Under the pieces are notes generated by a model that saw only the letters and a list, made by a program, of their open reading frames with translations, was not told the origin of the DNA and did not search any database. The translations under genes and the position numbers were made by a program. Positions 1-10,666 of a DNA stretch of 64,000 nt are shown one piece after another. Each line of letters starts with the position of its first letter. The first letter of the stretch is position 1. Source of the stretch: Terriglobia bacterium (GTDB lineage Bacteria > Acidobacteriota > Terriglobia > 20CM-2-55-15). The stretch is taken from positions 78,965-142,964 of the forward strand of contig CAXWPJ010000011.1 in NCBI GenBank assembly GCA_963664115.2, read 5' to 3'.

Positions 1-343
1 AGACAGCCACTACAGCCAAAGCGATGAAAACGAGCTTGAGATAAAAGAATGGGTCCGTCAACCTCACGGTAGCGAAGGCGATAGTGAGCAACACTCCCGA
101 TGCCGCATTGATCCAAAACCCAACCCACATGATCGGGTAGTAGGCTTCCATGGATGCCATGGAAGCCGGACGTTTGCGAGATCCGAATCCCAGGACCCGC
201 AGATCGATGGTTGCGGAAACGCCCACTAAAAACGCCAATCCCACCGTGTGCAGTGCAAGAATCGTTGGAAAAGCCAATAGTGAGGGCGATTGGCGCACCC
301 AAACTCCAAGTGCCGTGGACTCGATCGAAACCAGTAGGTCCAT
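1..343 (-). CDS. DUF6644-like inner-membrane protein (runs off window start)
   Basis: Manual translation from ATG at 343: MDLLVSIESTALGVWVRQSPSLLAFPTILALHTVGLAFLVGVSATIDLRVLG...FYLKLVFIALAV. Hydrophobic, with the H-x-x-G and DLRxLG motifs. Not in the ORF track because it is open-ended. Confidence 0.7.
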   Translation of the reverse strand, partial: MDLLVSIESTALGVWVRQSPSLLAFPTILALHTVGLAFLVGVSATIDLRVLGFGSRKRPASMASMEAYYPIMWVGFWINAASGVLLTIAFATVRLTDPFFYLKLVFIALAVVAV

Positions 344-536
344 ATTTACCCGTTCAGTTGCCGGCTCGCTTTGCTAAGCTTCCCGGTCTCATGCCTTAGG
401 GCCGAGCCTATTGCGACTGAACATGTAGTCTATACACCACCGGGATCTGGCCTGTTGACGGACAGCCGAGGGAGTTTCTCCTCGGCGACCGATGGAACCT
501 GTACCGAGCCCCGGGCCGGGGGCCGCTGCCTCAACA

Positions 537-1565
537 TCACGGCATCACTGGCTGGATGCGGTGATGGGGCACCCAGATCATCGGGGTCTCGGCGCCCATT
601 TCAAAATCATGGCAGATCTTCGGCCGGAGTTCGTTCACTTCGTCCCGATACAGAAACCGTTCGAACGTCCATGGTTTCTGGTAGTAGACCGGATCGTTGA
701 CTGTGACGGCCCAGAGCATCGTGTTGTCGTCAAGTTTGCGGAAACGGTCGATCAAGTGTAACTGGTTGCTGGCCGGCAGACCTGCGCTGTCGATCCAGAC
801 GCGGTCGTTGACGCCGAAGGTTTCGACAACCAACGTATCTCCCTCCCAACGGCCGACGGATTGCCCATTCCAAGCGGCGAATGCCACCCCAAGTTCAGAG
901 TGGGGGCGTCCATCCATGAAAATCTGTCGCACGACCTCAGTGTGCATCTCGGCGAGGATCACGATTTGATCCTCCGTCATGACGAATTCCTTTGGGGAAT
1001 TGTTACTCAGCGGCCGGATGGGACCGTATGGAATGCAATCCGATCTCGGCCCATAGGAAGCGACAACTTCTCGATATAACTCGGCACCAAGTGGGGTTAG
1101 AACGATTTCCTCGCCCGGCAGCAGATCGGGGGTCACATCGAGTCCGCTGGAACCCGGTCTGCCGGACTGGATGTTGCTCAGCGAAGAGGGGTCTCCTGCT
1201 CGAGCCAGGTTTAGCTGGGCTGAGGCAGGCGTTTCATCCGGCCGGCCGCGCCGCATGTCTTCCAGGCCCTGGCGCGGGGGCTGCCCCCGCCATACGCCAC
1301 TAAAGTCCCGGGGGCCGGTATCTTTCGGGAATACTCCATCCTCTTCCCGCATGTAATGAAGATAGTCGGGCGTTTGATTCCAGTCGATGTCGGCCGTTGA
1401 AGCCAGGCTTTCCTGGGTTTCGAATGATGTCCAGGGTTCTATTGTAGATTGGGCCGTAGTTTGAGCCCAGGACCAGGATTCCTTCGCCGCGGCAGGCAGG
1501 TGCGTTAGAAGCAGACCCCCCAATACGGATACCACCATAAAGGTTGAGAGCCTGAAGCGCGTCAT
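537..1565 (-). CDS. uncharacterised secreted protein, 'WEGDTLVVET' family (paralog 1)
   Basis: Signal peptide from MTRFRLSTF with GGAG RBS. Motifs DFSGVW, CIPYGPIR, DGRPH, GRWEGDTLVVET, DPVYYQKPW and a C-terminal Cys. Confidence 0.8.
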   Translation of the reverse strand: MTRFRLSTFMVVSVLGGLLLTHLPAAAKESWSWAQTTAQSTIEPWTSFETQESLASTADIDWNQTPDYLHYMREEDGVFPKDTGPRDFSGVWRGQPPRQGLEDMRRGRPDETPASAQLNLARAGDPSSLSNIQSGRPGSSGLDVTPDLLPGEEIVLTPLGAELYREVVASYGPRSDCIPYGPIRPLSNNSPKEFVMTEDQIVILAEMHTEVVRQIFMDGRPHSELGVAFAAWNGQSVGRWEGDTLVVETFGVNDRVWIDSAGLPASNQLHLIDRFRKLDDNTMLWAVTVNDPVYYQKPWTFERFLYRDEVNELRPKICHDFEMGAETPMIWVPHHRIQPVMP

Positions 1566-1796
1566 AGTGTATCCCTCCTGGCGTTCCTTATTAGAGTTCC
1601 CGTAGCCAGACCCATTGAATGCTCTCTTGCGATGACCCAATATCTAAGGGCGGCGATATCGCCTCGGGGTTTAGCGCGCGGGATGCGGTGCATTGAAACA
1701 TGTTTAGCTGACGACTTGCAAAATAAAAACGGATAACCAGATGTGAGCCGCCCCAGGGTGTACGGCACACGGCCCGACCCAAGAGTCCGCTCTTGC

Positions 1797-1868
1797 CACG
1801 CAAAGGAGGCCATCGCCTTATGGATCGAGACAGCGAAGGCACACGGCGACCTGGTTCCGCATCCGTTG
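1797..1868 (+). pseudogene. HicB-type antitoxin C-terminal fragment
   Basis: HAKEAIALWIETAKAHGDLVPHP matches the HicB 'EAIxLWIETA...GDPIPEP' motif. No N-terminus and no hicA. Confidence 0.5.
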
Positions 1869-1964
1869 CCACGTGGGTTCTCACTGAAATACCTTCAGGA
1901 TGAAGGTTGTGTTTTCCAGTCTCCGAGGAAGTTTGTATCAGACCCACCATCTCTTTCAATTCTA

Positions 1965-1992
1965 TTGACATGCGAAATCGGCATGTTAGCCT
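1965..1992 (+). promoter_or_regulatory. putative sigma70 promoter with palindromic operator upstream of the TonB receptor
   Basis: TTGACA (1965) - 16 bp - TAGCCT. The inverted repeat ACATGC-N7-GCATGT (1968-1986) overlaps the spacer. Confidence 0.4.
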
Positions 1993-2101
1993 ACCCGTAT
2001 ATCGATTCCAAACACTTGTAGAATCTATGCGGATGTGGTTTTCGGGGGCGCTGCGTCCGCTGAAGACGGCAGCAAATCCCTAAGAGTGGAGGTCAACTTT
2101 C

Positions 2102-5100
2102 ATGAAGCGAACAATTCTTGCACTGTCTGTTGGAGCATGCCTGCTCCTCAGCGGCCCTAACCTTTGGGCACAGGCTTCGGCACAGATCAACGGATCGGTC
2201 ACCGACACGACGGGCGCGGTCCTGCCTGGCGTCGAGATCACCGTGACGCAGACCGAAACGGGTATCGGGCGAACCGTCCTGAGCAATGAGACGGGTGCCT
2301 ACGTTCTGGTAAACCTGCCTCTCGGCCCCTTTGGGCACAGGCTTCGGCACAGATCAACGGATCGGTCACCGACACGACGGGCGCGGTCCTGCCTGGCGTC
2401 GAGATCACCGTGACGCAGACCGAAACGGGTATCGGGCGAACCGTCCTGAGCAATGAGACGGGTGCCTACGTTCTGGTAAACCTGCCTCTCGGCCCCTATC
2501 GGTTGGAAGGGGGATTGCCGGGTTTCCAGACATTCGTGGAGACCGGCACCCTGCAGGTCAACGACAGACGCGTGTCCAATGTCGTGCTTGAAGTGGGGCA
2601 GGTAACGCAGACGATAGAAGTGCAGGCCAACGCCGCGCTGGTCGAAACACGGAACGTCGCGATCGGGCAGCTTATCGAAAACGAGCGTATCCTGGCGCTG
2701 CCCCTGGACGGGCGCAACATTCAGAGTCTGATCACATTGAACGGTGCAGCCGTCGATATGGGGGACAGCGGCAACCGCTTCTTCCCCGGGTCGCGGTTCG
2801 TCTCCCTCGGAGGAGCACCGCAAGGATTCGGCGTAGACTACACGATGGACGGCGCCCAGCACCTGAACTATGCCACCGGCATCAGCATGCCGACACCGTT
2901 TCCGAACGCCACACAGGAGTTCAAAGTGGAGTCGAGCGGCCTGACTGCCGATCGTGGTAAGGCCGCCTCGGTGGGAGTGGTGACCAAGTCGGGCACGAAC
3001 GCGTATCACGGCGATGTCTTCTGGTTCGTCCGCAACGATCTGTTCAATGCCCGGAACTATTTTTCGTCCGTGGGCAGCACCCTGAAACGGAACCAGTTCG
3101 GTGGCACGGTCGGCGGACCCGTGATTCAGAACAAGCTGTTCTTTTTCGGAGGGTACCAGGGGACGACGATCCGCCAGGATCCGGGCGACGAGCGGCAGTT
3201 TATTCCGACGGCGGCGGTGCTGGCCGGGGACTTCAGGGCCCTCAGCTCACCAGCGTGCAATGGGGGGCGTCAGGTGACGCTGGGAGCGCCGTTCGTTGAC
3301 AATCAGATCGATCCCGCGCTGTTCAGCCCAGCGGCCGTCAACATCGCCAACCGTTTGTTGGCCAATGCGCCAGCGCCGCAGGACGAGTGTGGTGAGGTGA
3401 CCTACGGTGCCCGGGTCCCGGAGGACCGCCAGGAGTACATCGCCAAGGTGGACTATCAGGTGACACCCAGCCATTCGTTGTTCGGCCGGATGCTGATCAG
3501 CGGCATCCAAATAGGCCATCCGTACGAACAGGATCCCGACAACATACTGCTGTCTAACGACGCGGGCTACGACAACCTGGCGCAGTCTTGGGCATTCGGC
3601 TCCACCTATTTGCTCGGCGCCAACAGCGTAAACTCTTTCCGCTTTGCGTACAATCGGTCGGCCAACCGCCGCGTCGGTTCCGTGATGGGGTTCAGCTACT
3701 GCGACGTTGGCGTGAAGATGTACTGCGGCTATGACCCGACGCATATCGGCCGTTTGCGGGTCAGCGGGGCGTTTACGATCGGCGCAACGACCGGATCGGG
3801 CGACGACGAGAATACCTACTTCCCGCAGGCCTATCAGTTCAGCGACGACGTCAGTTGGGTCCGGGGCAGCCACCAGTTTTCGTTCGGCACCGGATACACC
3901 TATGCCAAGTTCGGTTCGGTGAATCACTTCGCTTCCGCTGCCCAGGTCGATATGGATTCGATGGCGGATTTCTTTTTGGGCCAAACCGACGATTTTTTCA
4001 TGGGCACGCCGGCCGAGCTCTCCATTAACCAGAACTTCTTCTCCCTCTACGGAGCGGACGCCTGGCAGGCCACGCCCAATCTTACGGTGAGTTACGGCCT
4101 GCGGTGGGAGCCCTATCTGGCTCAGAACGTTCCCCTTGCGAACGTTTACACCTTCGAAATCGACCGGTTCCGGGCGGGACAGAAGAGCAGCGTCTTCCCG
4201 AACGCGCCCGCGGGCTTGATCTATCCCGGCGATGACGGGTTTCCGGATGGTCTGAAGGGCATCGAGAACCAGTGGGGGAACTTTGCGCCGCGCCTGGGCT
4301 TTGCCTGGGACATTCAGGGTGACGGCCGGACCTCGCTGCGCGCCTCTTACGCCTACACCTATGCGTTCGTTTCCGGCGATTGGCGCGACACCTACAACGG
4401 ACATCCACCGTTCGGGGGCCGGACCACATTGCAGGGCCGGACCCTGGACGATCCCTGGGCGGACGCGCCGGGCGGGGATCCCTTTCCGTTGAACCTGGAC
4501 GCGAGTGTGGCCTATCCGCCGGGGGGCATATTTGTGGGTGTGCCGACGGATTTGCAGACGCCCACCACGTCGTCTTGGAACGTGAGTCTTCAAAGGGAGG
4601 TCGCGGGTTCCTGGCTGTTGTCTGGGAGTTACATCGGGACCCTGACGACACACCTGTGGGCGCTGCAACCAATCAATCCGGCGTTGTACTTCCCGGGAAG
4701 ATTCGATGCGAACGGGGAATGCACAGCCGGGGGGTTCACGATTACAGGCCGGGCCGGAAGAACCTGCTCCACGAGGGGCACTACCCAGGCGCGCCGCAGG
4801 TTCAGCCTGGAACGGCCGGCGGATGGGCAGTTGATGTCCCATGTCTCGCAGATGGATCCGGGCGGAACGCAGTCCTACCAAGGCATGCTGCTGTCGGTCC
4901 AGCGGAGGGCCGCAAGCGGCGTCACCGTCAGCGGCAACTACACCTGGTCCCATTGCATTGGTCCGAATGCGGCCCTGGAGGCCATGGGTCCTCACGTGGA
5001 CAACACCTACAGCAACCCCGACGACCGGGATTTCGATCGCGGCAATTGCAACGCGGACCGGCGGCACGTCGTGAATCTGACGGCCGTGGCCGAAACACCG

Positions 5101-5595
5101 GAGTTTGCGAATCCGACGTTGCGTGCCATCGCGACCGGATGGCGGCTGTCTGGAATCTACCGGTTGTCTTCGGGAAGCCCGCTCAGTATCATCGCCGGCG
5201 GCGACCCTGCGTTGAGTGGCGTCGCTTTTCGCGGTGGCCGCATTCAGCGCGCGAATCAGATACTGGACGACGTGTTTGACAACCGGAATGCCGATCCGGG
5301 GACCAACTACCTGAATGCCGCTGCGTTCGCAAAGCCCGCGGCGGGAACGCTCGGCAACAGCGGCCGGAACAGCATTCAAGGTCCAGGAACCTGGGGGCTC
5401 GACGTGGCCTTGACGCGCGTGTTTCAGTTCGGTGACACCCAACGGATGGAAGTTCGGGCCGAGGCGTTCAACTTGACGAACAGCTTCCGTCCGGTGAATC
5501 CCGCGACCGAGCTTCGTACGTCGAGGACCTTCGGCATAATTCGGAATTCCTACGATCCCCGAATCCTGCAGTTTGCTCTGAAGTACGTCTTCTAA
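2102..5595 (+). CDS. TonB-dependent receptor (Oar-like, N-terminal carboxypeptidase-regulatory domain), frameshifted near the 5' end by a tandem duplication
   Basis: Signal peptide at 2102 plus GSVTDTTGAVLPGV. Body has LPLDGRN, TKSGTN, LKRNQFGGTVGGP, NFAPRLGFAWD and C-terminal PRILQFALKYVF. Confidence 0.9.
2161..2497 (+). repeat. 167-bp exact tandem duplication
   Basis: 2161-2330 recurs at 2328-2497 (period 167, CCT microhomology). The period is not a multiple of 3. Confidence 0.95.
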
Positions 5596-5616
5596 TCGAT
5601 AAGGATTAGGAAATTC

Positions 5617-5651
5617 AACGGCCTTCCTCGATACCGGGGAAGGCCGTTTTT
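5617..5651 (+). terminator. rho-independent terminator
   Basis: AACGGCCTTCC...GGAAGGCCGTT hairpin followed by a T-run, right after the TonB receptor stop. Confidence 0.85.
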
Positions 5652-5655
5652 ATTG

Positions 5656-5689
5656 GTGCGCCAGGCATGGCGCTGAGCGCCATGATGTG
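5656..5689 (+). mobile_element. 5' scar of a group IIC intron
   Basis: GTGCGCCAGGCATGGCGC begins 4 nt after the terminator T-run and matches the class C intron 5' end and its target preference. No RT ORF follows. Confidence 0.5.
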
Positions 5690-5820
5690 GCGATGGACAA
5701 CCGGGGAGCGACAGCGAACCGGGGGAAGTGACATGACCACGCCGTTCCCGACTGTGGGGTTGGTGGAAACGGTGTTTCAGATGGGACGCTCTATCACCGT
5801 CAGTCGTTGTTCAGAGATCC

Positions 5821-7176
5821 TCAATTGGGATAGCCGGCATCTTCGAGCACGGAGTCGAGCAATGCCTGCCTCTGGGCCGCTTCAAAGATCCGACCGTCCG
5901 CAACGACGGCCGCAACGCGCCTGAGGTTGCGAATCTCGGTCAGAGGATCCCCGTCCAGCAGAACCAGGTCGGCCAGCTTGCCGGCTTCTACCGTTCCCAA
6001 CGAATCTTCCATGTCCAGGAGTATCGCGGGGTACAGCGTCCCAGCTCGCAGCGCCTCCAATGGGCTCACACCGGCTTCTACGAACAGTACGAGTTCATCG
6101 ACGCCCGTGAATCCCGGGAGCCGGGTTCCACCTGCCGAATCCGACGAGGCAATCAGTCGTACCCCGGCCTCGGACGCCATCCGTGTGAGCCGCTGGCTGA
6201 GCTCGTAACGTGCCTGGGCGGTGGGCGATATTTCGTCGGGTAAGGTGCCAAACGAGGATCGTTTCGCAGGCTTCACATATTGAAGACGTGTTTCGGCCAT
6301 CAGCGGGCTGTCGGCGGTCAACGGCAGGGTGCCGATAAGCGTCGGACCGAAAAAGGTGCCGTTGTTCCGAAGCTTTTCCAATCCGTCTTCGCACTTCGGG
6401 ACATCGATCCGGCCCGCCCCCTGATCGTCCTCCGGGACACAATACGCAACGAGAGGGCCCAGGTGTTCAATACTGACCTGCCCTGCGTCCGAGGCCTCGA
6501 CTATGGTCACGGCGCGGGGAACGTGCCCTGCGAGAGGTATCCCCAGGGCCTGGGACCTCTCGGCAATAGACGCATAGATTTCCGGTGAGAAGTTTCCGTG
6601 CATTTTCACCAGGTCCATTCCCGCTTCCTTCAGCAGATCTACAACCAGCCGTCCCACCTGCGGTGTGGGTACCTGGATGGTAGTGTTCAGTGAGCGGGGA
6701 TTCGGCGCTCCTGCATCGAGCAACGGACCCGAGGCAACGATCCTGGGGGCCGCGATTCCCAGTTCCCGGATTCGCCGCCTGCCCTCCACGAGTTGTTCGA
6801 CAGTGCTGCCCATGTCGCGCACGCCGGTGACGCCGTTGGCGATGTACAGCTGAAACATGGCCATGCTGTCACCGTAGTCGATCCCGTAGTGGACAAACGC
6901 GTGCGCATGCATTTGCCAGAGCCCGGGGATCAGAAACTTCCCGCGACCATCGACTATTCGTGCGCCTGGAGGCACGTCGACTCCTGGGGCGGAACCCACT
7001 TCGGCGATCCGGTTTCCCTCGATTAACACGGTCCGGTCGGCCAAACGAGCGCCGGTCTCCACGTCAATCACGGTGACATTTTCGATCGCCGTTGACGTGT
7101 TCGTGCCCTGCGCCCAGAGGGTCGGTACACACGCGAGAACACAGATCAAACTAGCGAGGACAATCAAGCGATGCAT
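5821..7176 (-). CDS. secreted amidohydrolase family protein (Amidohydro_1)
   Basis: Signal peptide, GKFLIPGLWQMHAH, GVTGVRDMG, GTVEAGKLADLVLLDGDP. Confidence 0.85.
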   Translation of the reverse strand: MHRLIVLASLICVLACVPTLWAQGTNTSTAIENVTVIDVETGARLADRTVLIEGNRIAEVGSAPGVDVPPGARIVDGRGKFLIPGLWQMHAHAFVHYGIDYGDSMAMFQLYIANGVTGVRDMGSTVEQLVEGRRRIRELGIAAPRIVASGPLLDAGAPNPRSLNTTIQVPTPQVGRLVVDLLKEAGMDLVKMHGNFSPEIYASIAERSQALGIPLAGHVPRAVTIVEASDAGQVSIEHLGPLVAYCVPEDDQGAGRIDVPKCEDGLEKLRNNGTFFGPTLIGTLPLTADSPLMAETRLQYVKPAKRSSFGTLPDEISPTAQARYELSQRLTRMASEAGVRLIASSDSAGGTRLPGFTGVDELVLFVEAGVSPLEALRAGTLYPAILLDMEDSLGTVEAGKLADLVLLDGDPLTEIRNLRRVAAVVADGRIFEAAQRQALLDSVLEDAGYPN

Positions 7177-7285
7177 ACAGCCTCCCTCTTCAAACGAACA
7201 TTGTTTGTCTCAATTGGTCTGCAAGAATAAGCGAATCCAGCAGCTTCAGACTGCGGACCACGAGCGCTGAAACGAACGGAATGCC

Positions 7286-8356
7286 TTACAAGGAGAAGAT
7301 TCTCTCGGCGTTTTCCTGATAGATCATCCGCTTGTCGGCATCCGAAATCGGCGTCGCGTCCATCCAGGTGGTCCCCGGCGTACTGGGAGCGAAGGGGTAA
7401 TCGACGCCGAACATGATTCTCTCCGGTCCCAGGACCGAATGGACGAACATGAACACCGGATCCCAGAACATGGCGCTCGTAACGACTGCGAAGTTGTCCA
7501 TGAAGTACTCGCTGGGTCGGCGCGCGGTGGCGGGCATTCCGGGTCTTGTGGAGGAGATCACATCGAGTCGGCTGAGCCAGAACGGGACGCCTTCGCCCAG
7601 GTGTCCCAGGACGATCTTCAGGTTCGGGAATTGCTCAAAGACGTCGCTCATGAGCAGTCGAACCACATGCATGGACGTTTCCATGCCGAAACCCCACAGG
7701 GGCCCCTCCATGTTGTAATCGGCGACACCCTGGTATATCTGGTCCGGCGGGATCCTCGGATGCAGATAGACCGGAACGTCCAGGGACTCGGCGGCTTCGA
7801 GTATTGGCCAATATTTCCGCTCGTCCAGGAACTCGTTGTTCGTGTGCGAGTTGATCAGTATGCCGTTCAACCCTAGGGTCGAGATCCCTCTCTCGGCTTC
7901 CTGGGCGGCAGAGGCAGGATCCTGGGTGGCCACCGTGACCAGCCCGGCGAAGCGGTCGGGATACTGGCGGATCGCCTCCGCCAGTCTATCGTTCACAAGG
8001 CTTGCGAGCTCGCGACCCAGCTGCGGGTTGAATATCTGAACCCCGGGAGACCAGAGTGCGAGTATCTGCTTGTCGATGCGGGCCGCGTCCATCGTCGCGA
8101 TACGGCCTTCCCCCAGATCGGTCAGAGCATTCGCCATTGCATCTTCCAGAGGCGTCACCGGAGATGGCTGGCGATCGGGATCCTGGCGGACAAACTCTCG
8201 GATAGCGTCCAGAAACTCGGGAATCGCGAAGGTCTCTTCAGCAGCGATCCGCTGAAAGTTGGCGCCGCCTCCCTGGGCCGAAAGCTTCCCGGCGGCAGCG
8301 AGCGCCGATGAGGCCAGAGCCGCGTTCTTGAGAAATGCTCTTCGAGTTTGATCCAT
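7286..8356 (-). CDS. Tat-exported amidohydrolase_2, LigW/2,3-dihydroxybenzoate decarboxylase-like
   Basis: Likely start MDQTRRAFLK (twin-Arg). Motifs RIAAEETF, PVYLHPR, LGHLGEG, FGVDYPF. Confidence 0.8.
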   Translation of the reverse strand: MDQTRRAFLKNAALASSALAAAGKLSAQGGGANFQRIAAEETFAIPEFLDAIREFVRQDPDRQPSPVTPLEDAMANALTDLGEGRIATMDAARIDKQILALWSPGVQIFNPQLGRELASLVNDRLAEAIRQYPDRFAGLVTVATQDPASAAQEAERGISTLGLNGILINSHTNNEFLDERKYWPILEAAESLDVPVYLHPRIPPDQIYQGVADYNMEGPLWGFGMETSMHVVRLLMSDVFEQFPNLKIVLGHLGEGVPFWLSRLDVISSTRPGMPATARRPSEYFMDNFAVVTSAMFWDPVFMFVHSVLGPERIMFGVDYPFAPSTPGTTWMDATPISDADKRMIYQENAERIFSL

Positions 8357-8698
8357 ATTAATTCCCCTGAAAGTCCCTGAATATTTTTGATACATCCGCT
8401 CAGCCGACGACAAACGTCGTTTCGAGAGCAATGCGCAGGATCGCCTGGGGCCAACGATCGAACGATGTGATGACGCGATGCACTCGTTTTTTGCCCGATC
8501 ATGCCACGGTGCTGGCTGACAAGAGCCCAAGATTATACCAACAGCAAACTTATACCAACCAGAAAGTCGCCCTGCACACGGGAGTGAAATCGTCCACCGC
8601 CGCGGGTGAATTTCCAATGTTCTTGAGGACGACGATTACGGTGGTATGCTTGCGCAACCGTTCCCGGGAGAAACGCCTTTTTGCGAGGAGGATGACCT

Positions 8699-9790
8699 AT
8701 GAAGTCTTTATCGCGCCGGAGATTTGTTGGAAGCGTTGGCGCTCTGGGGGCGGCCGCGATTATTCCCGAAAGCATGTTCGAGGCGCAAAACGGGGTCGGC
8801 ATCACCGGCAAAATCGATGTCCACCACCACCTCACATCGCCGGCCTTCGTACGGTTCATGACCGAAAGTAACATCAGTGATTTTCCAGTTCGCTCACCGG
8901 CCGAAGCCATTGAGGATATGGACAGCAATGGCATTGCCATGGCGTTCACCTCGATGATCGGCCCGGGGATCTGGACGGGGAATCTCGATCGAACACGGAC
9001 GCTCGCCCGCGCATGCAACGACTGGGCCGCACGATTGATGGGGGACTACCCGGGGCGATACGGCATGTTCGCTTTGCTGCCCCTTCCCGACATCGACGGG
9101 AGCCTTCGTGAAATCGAATACGCCTACGAAACACTCGGGGCTGACGGCATCTATCTGTATACCAACTTCGGACACACCCGGTTTTACGGGGACCAGTATC
9201 TGGGCGATCCGATGCTCGCCCCGATCTATGAGGAACTCAATCGCAGAAACGCGATTATCTATGTTCACCCCAAAGACAACCTGTGTTGCCGCGAGGTCGT
9301 TCCAGGTGTGGACGGTTCCACGATCGAATACGGGACGGATACGACACGCACTATCGTGAGTTTGCTGACCAGCGGCACTGCGGCCAGATACCCCAATATT
9401 AGCTTTATTTTCGCGCATGGCGGCGGCACAGCACCTTATCTGATCGGGCGGATCGCCGGAGCCGAAGCCGCGTACCTTCAGGAAGGGGGTGTGGTGCGAC
9501 CGGGCGCGGCGGCTGCGCGCACTTCGGAGGCGATGCCGCGGGGACCGCTTCCCCAGATGCGAGAGTTTTACTACGACACCTCAAGCGTGGAGAATCCAGT
9601 GGCACTGGGAGCACTCAGAAAGCTCGTACCCGTAACGCAGATCCTGTTCGGAACCGATTTCCCCTTTGGTTCCGGCGCCGCGTCGCATATCCGAAACCTG
9701 GAAGCCTCCGGAGTGTTGAACCCCGCTGAGCTTCGCGCGGTCTATCGCGACAATCCCGCGAGACTTCTGCCCCGTTTGCGCGACGCTTGA
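8699..9790 (+). CDS. Tat-exported amidohydrolase_2 (ACMSD/6-methylsalicylate decarboxylase-like)
   Basis: SRRRFVG twin-Arg signal, IDVHHH, YVHP, AHGGG, FYYDT, FGTDFPF. Confidence 0.85.
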   Translation: MKSLSRRRFVGSVGALGAAAIIPESMFEAQNGVGITGKIDVHHHLTSPAFVRFMTESNISDFPVRSPAEAIEDMDSNGIAMAFTSMIGPGIWTGNLDRTRTLARACNDWAARLMGDYPGRYGMFALLPLPDIDGSLREIEYAYETLGADGIYLYTNFGHTRFYGDQYLGDPMLAPIYEELNRRNAIIYVHPKDNLCCREVVPGVDGSTIEYGTDTTRTIVSLLTSGTAARYPNISFIFAHGGGTAPYLIGRIAGAEAAYLQEGGVVRPGAAAARTSEAMPRGPLPQMREFYYDTSSVENPVALGALRKLVPVTQILFGTDFPFGSGAASHIRNLEASGVLNPAELRAVYRDNPARLLPRLRDA

Positions 9791-10082
9791 TCGGGGAGGT
9801 GATGTCGGCGACTTCGACCCTGCCGGTTCGATATTTCGCGCTGGCTTTGATCGCGCAACCGGCATTGATTTTCTGCAACGATTCTTGAGGGCTAACGAAA
9901 GGTTTTCCAGCATTTATTCCCGTCGTTATCCTTTGACGCAGCGTCTGGGTTCTTATAGGCTTTTGCCAGCTTTTTCACAGACACTGTTGAGGCAAGTTGG
10001 AGACACGATTGAGAGTGGCAAGGAGCCTCGGGTTCCAAGACGCACGGTGATTAATCAGTAAGCGTCCATCGGGAGAAGGATC

Positions 10083-10517
10083 GTGAGAAAAATCGTACCC
10101 TTCATAATCGCCCTTGTTTTTTGGGTCGAACCTGCATTGACTCAGACCTCTCCGTCAATTGTAGGCGCTTGGGAACGGACACGGCGTGAGCCACCCGCTT
10201 TGCCTGCTTTCATAATGTTCAGCGCGGACGGGTATTTCTCCATGACGATACTACCGGCGGGTCGTCCCGAAGGGAGCATACGGGAGTTGACGCGGGAAGA
10301 ATTGCTGGTTCGATACGAGCGTCTCGTGGCCCGGCGGGGACCCTATAGCATCGACGGCAACAGGCTGACTCGCCACGATGAGGCGCATCACAACCCGAAT
10401 CTGGTCGGCAGAACGAACCTCAACTTGTTTCGGATTGAAGGCGGTATGCTCATTTTCTCTTCGGAAGATGGCATCGACACCGAATGGTACCGGCGTATGG
10501 AACCGTACGCACCTTAG
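10083..10517 (+). CDS. secreted lipocalin-like domain protein
   Basis: Signal peptide, SIVGAWE (GxW motif), FSADGYF, GPYSIDGN. Confidence 0.6.
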   Translation: MRKIVPFIIALVFWVEPALTQTSPSIVGAWERTRREPPALPAFIMFSADGYFSMTILPAGRPEGSIRELTREELLVRYERLVARRGPYSIDGNRLTRHDEAHHNPNLVGRTNLNLFRIEGGMLIFSSEDGIDTEWYRRMEPYAP

Positions 10518-10666
10518 TCCGAGAGCTTCTCGCTGCGCGATTGTGCTGACACGCACTATCTTGAAAGCTGCCGCAGCTTGGATCCGTGCCTGAATTGGTG
10601 ACGGTTGCATCGAACTGAAACGACAATTCCGGTGAGGTAGATCTACTTGAGATTGGGAGGCTCTAC

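Noticed and set aside
1743-2021. Intact HicAB toxin-antitoxin module
   Set aside because: Only about 24 codons resemble HicB and there is no hicA.
3247-5442. 731-aa antisense ORF
   Set aside because: Shadow of the GC-rich TonB receptor gene with no motifs.
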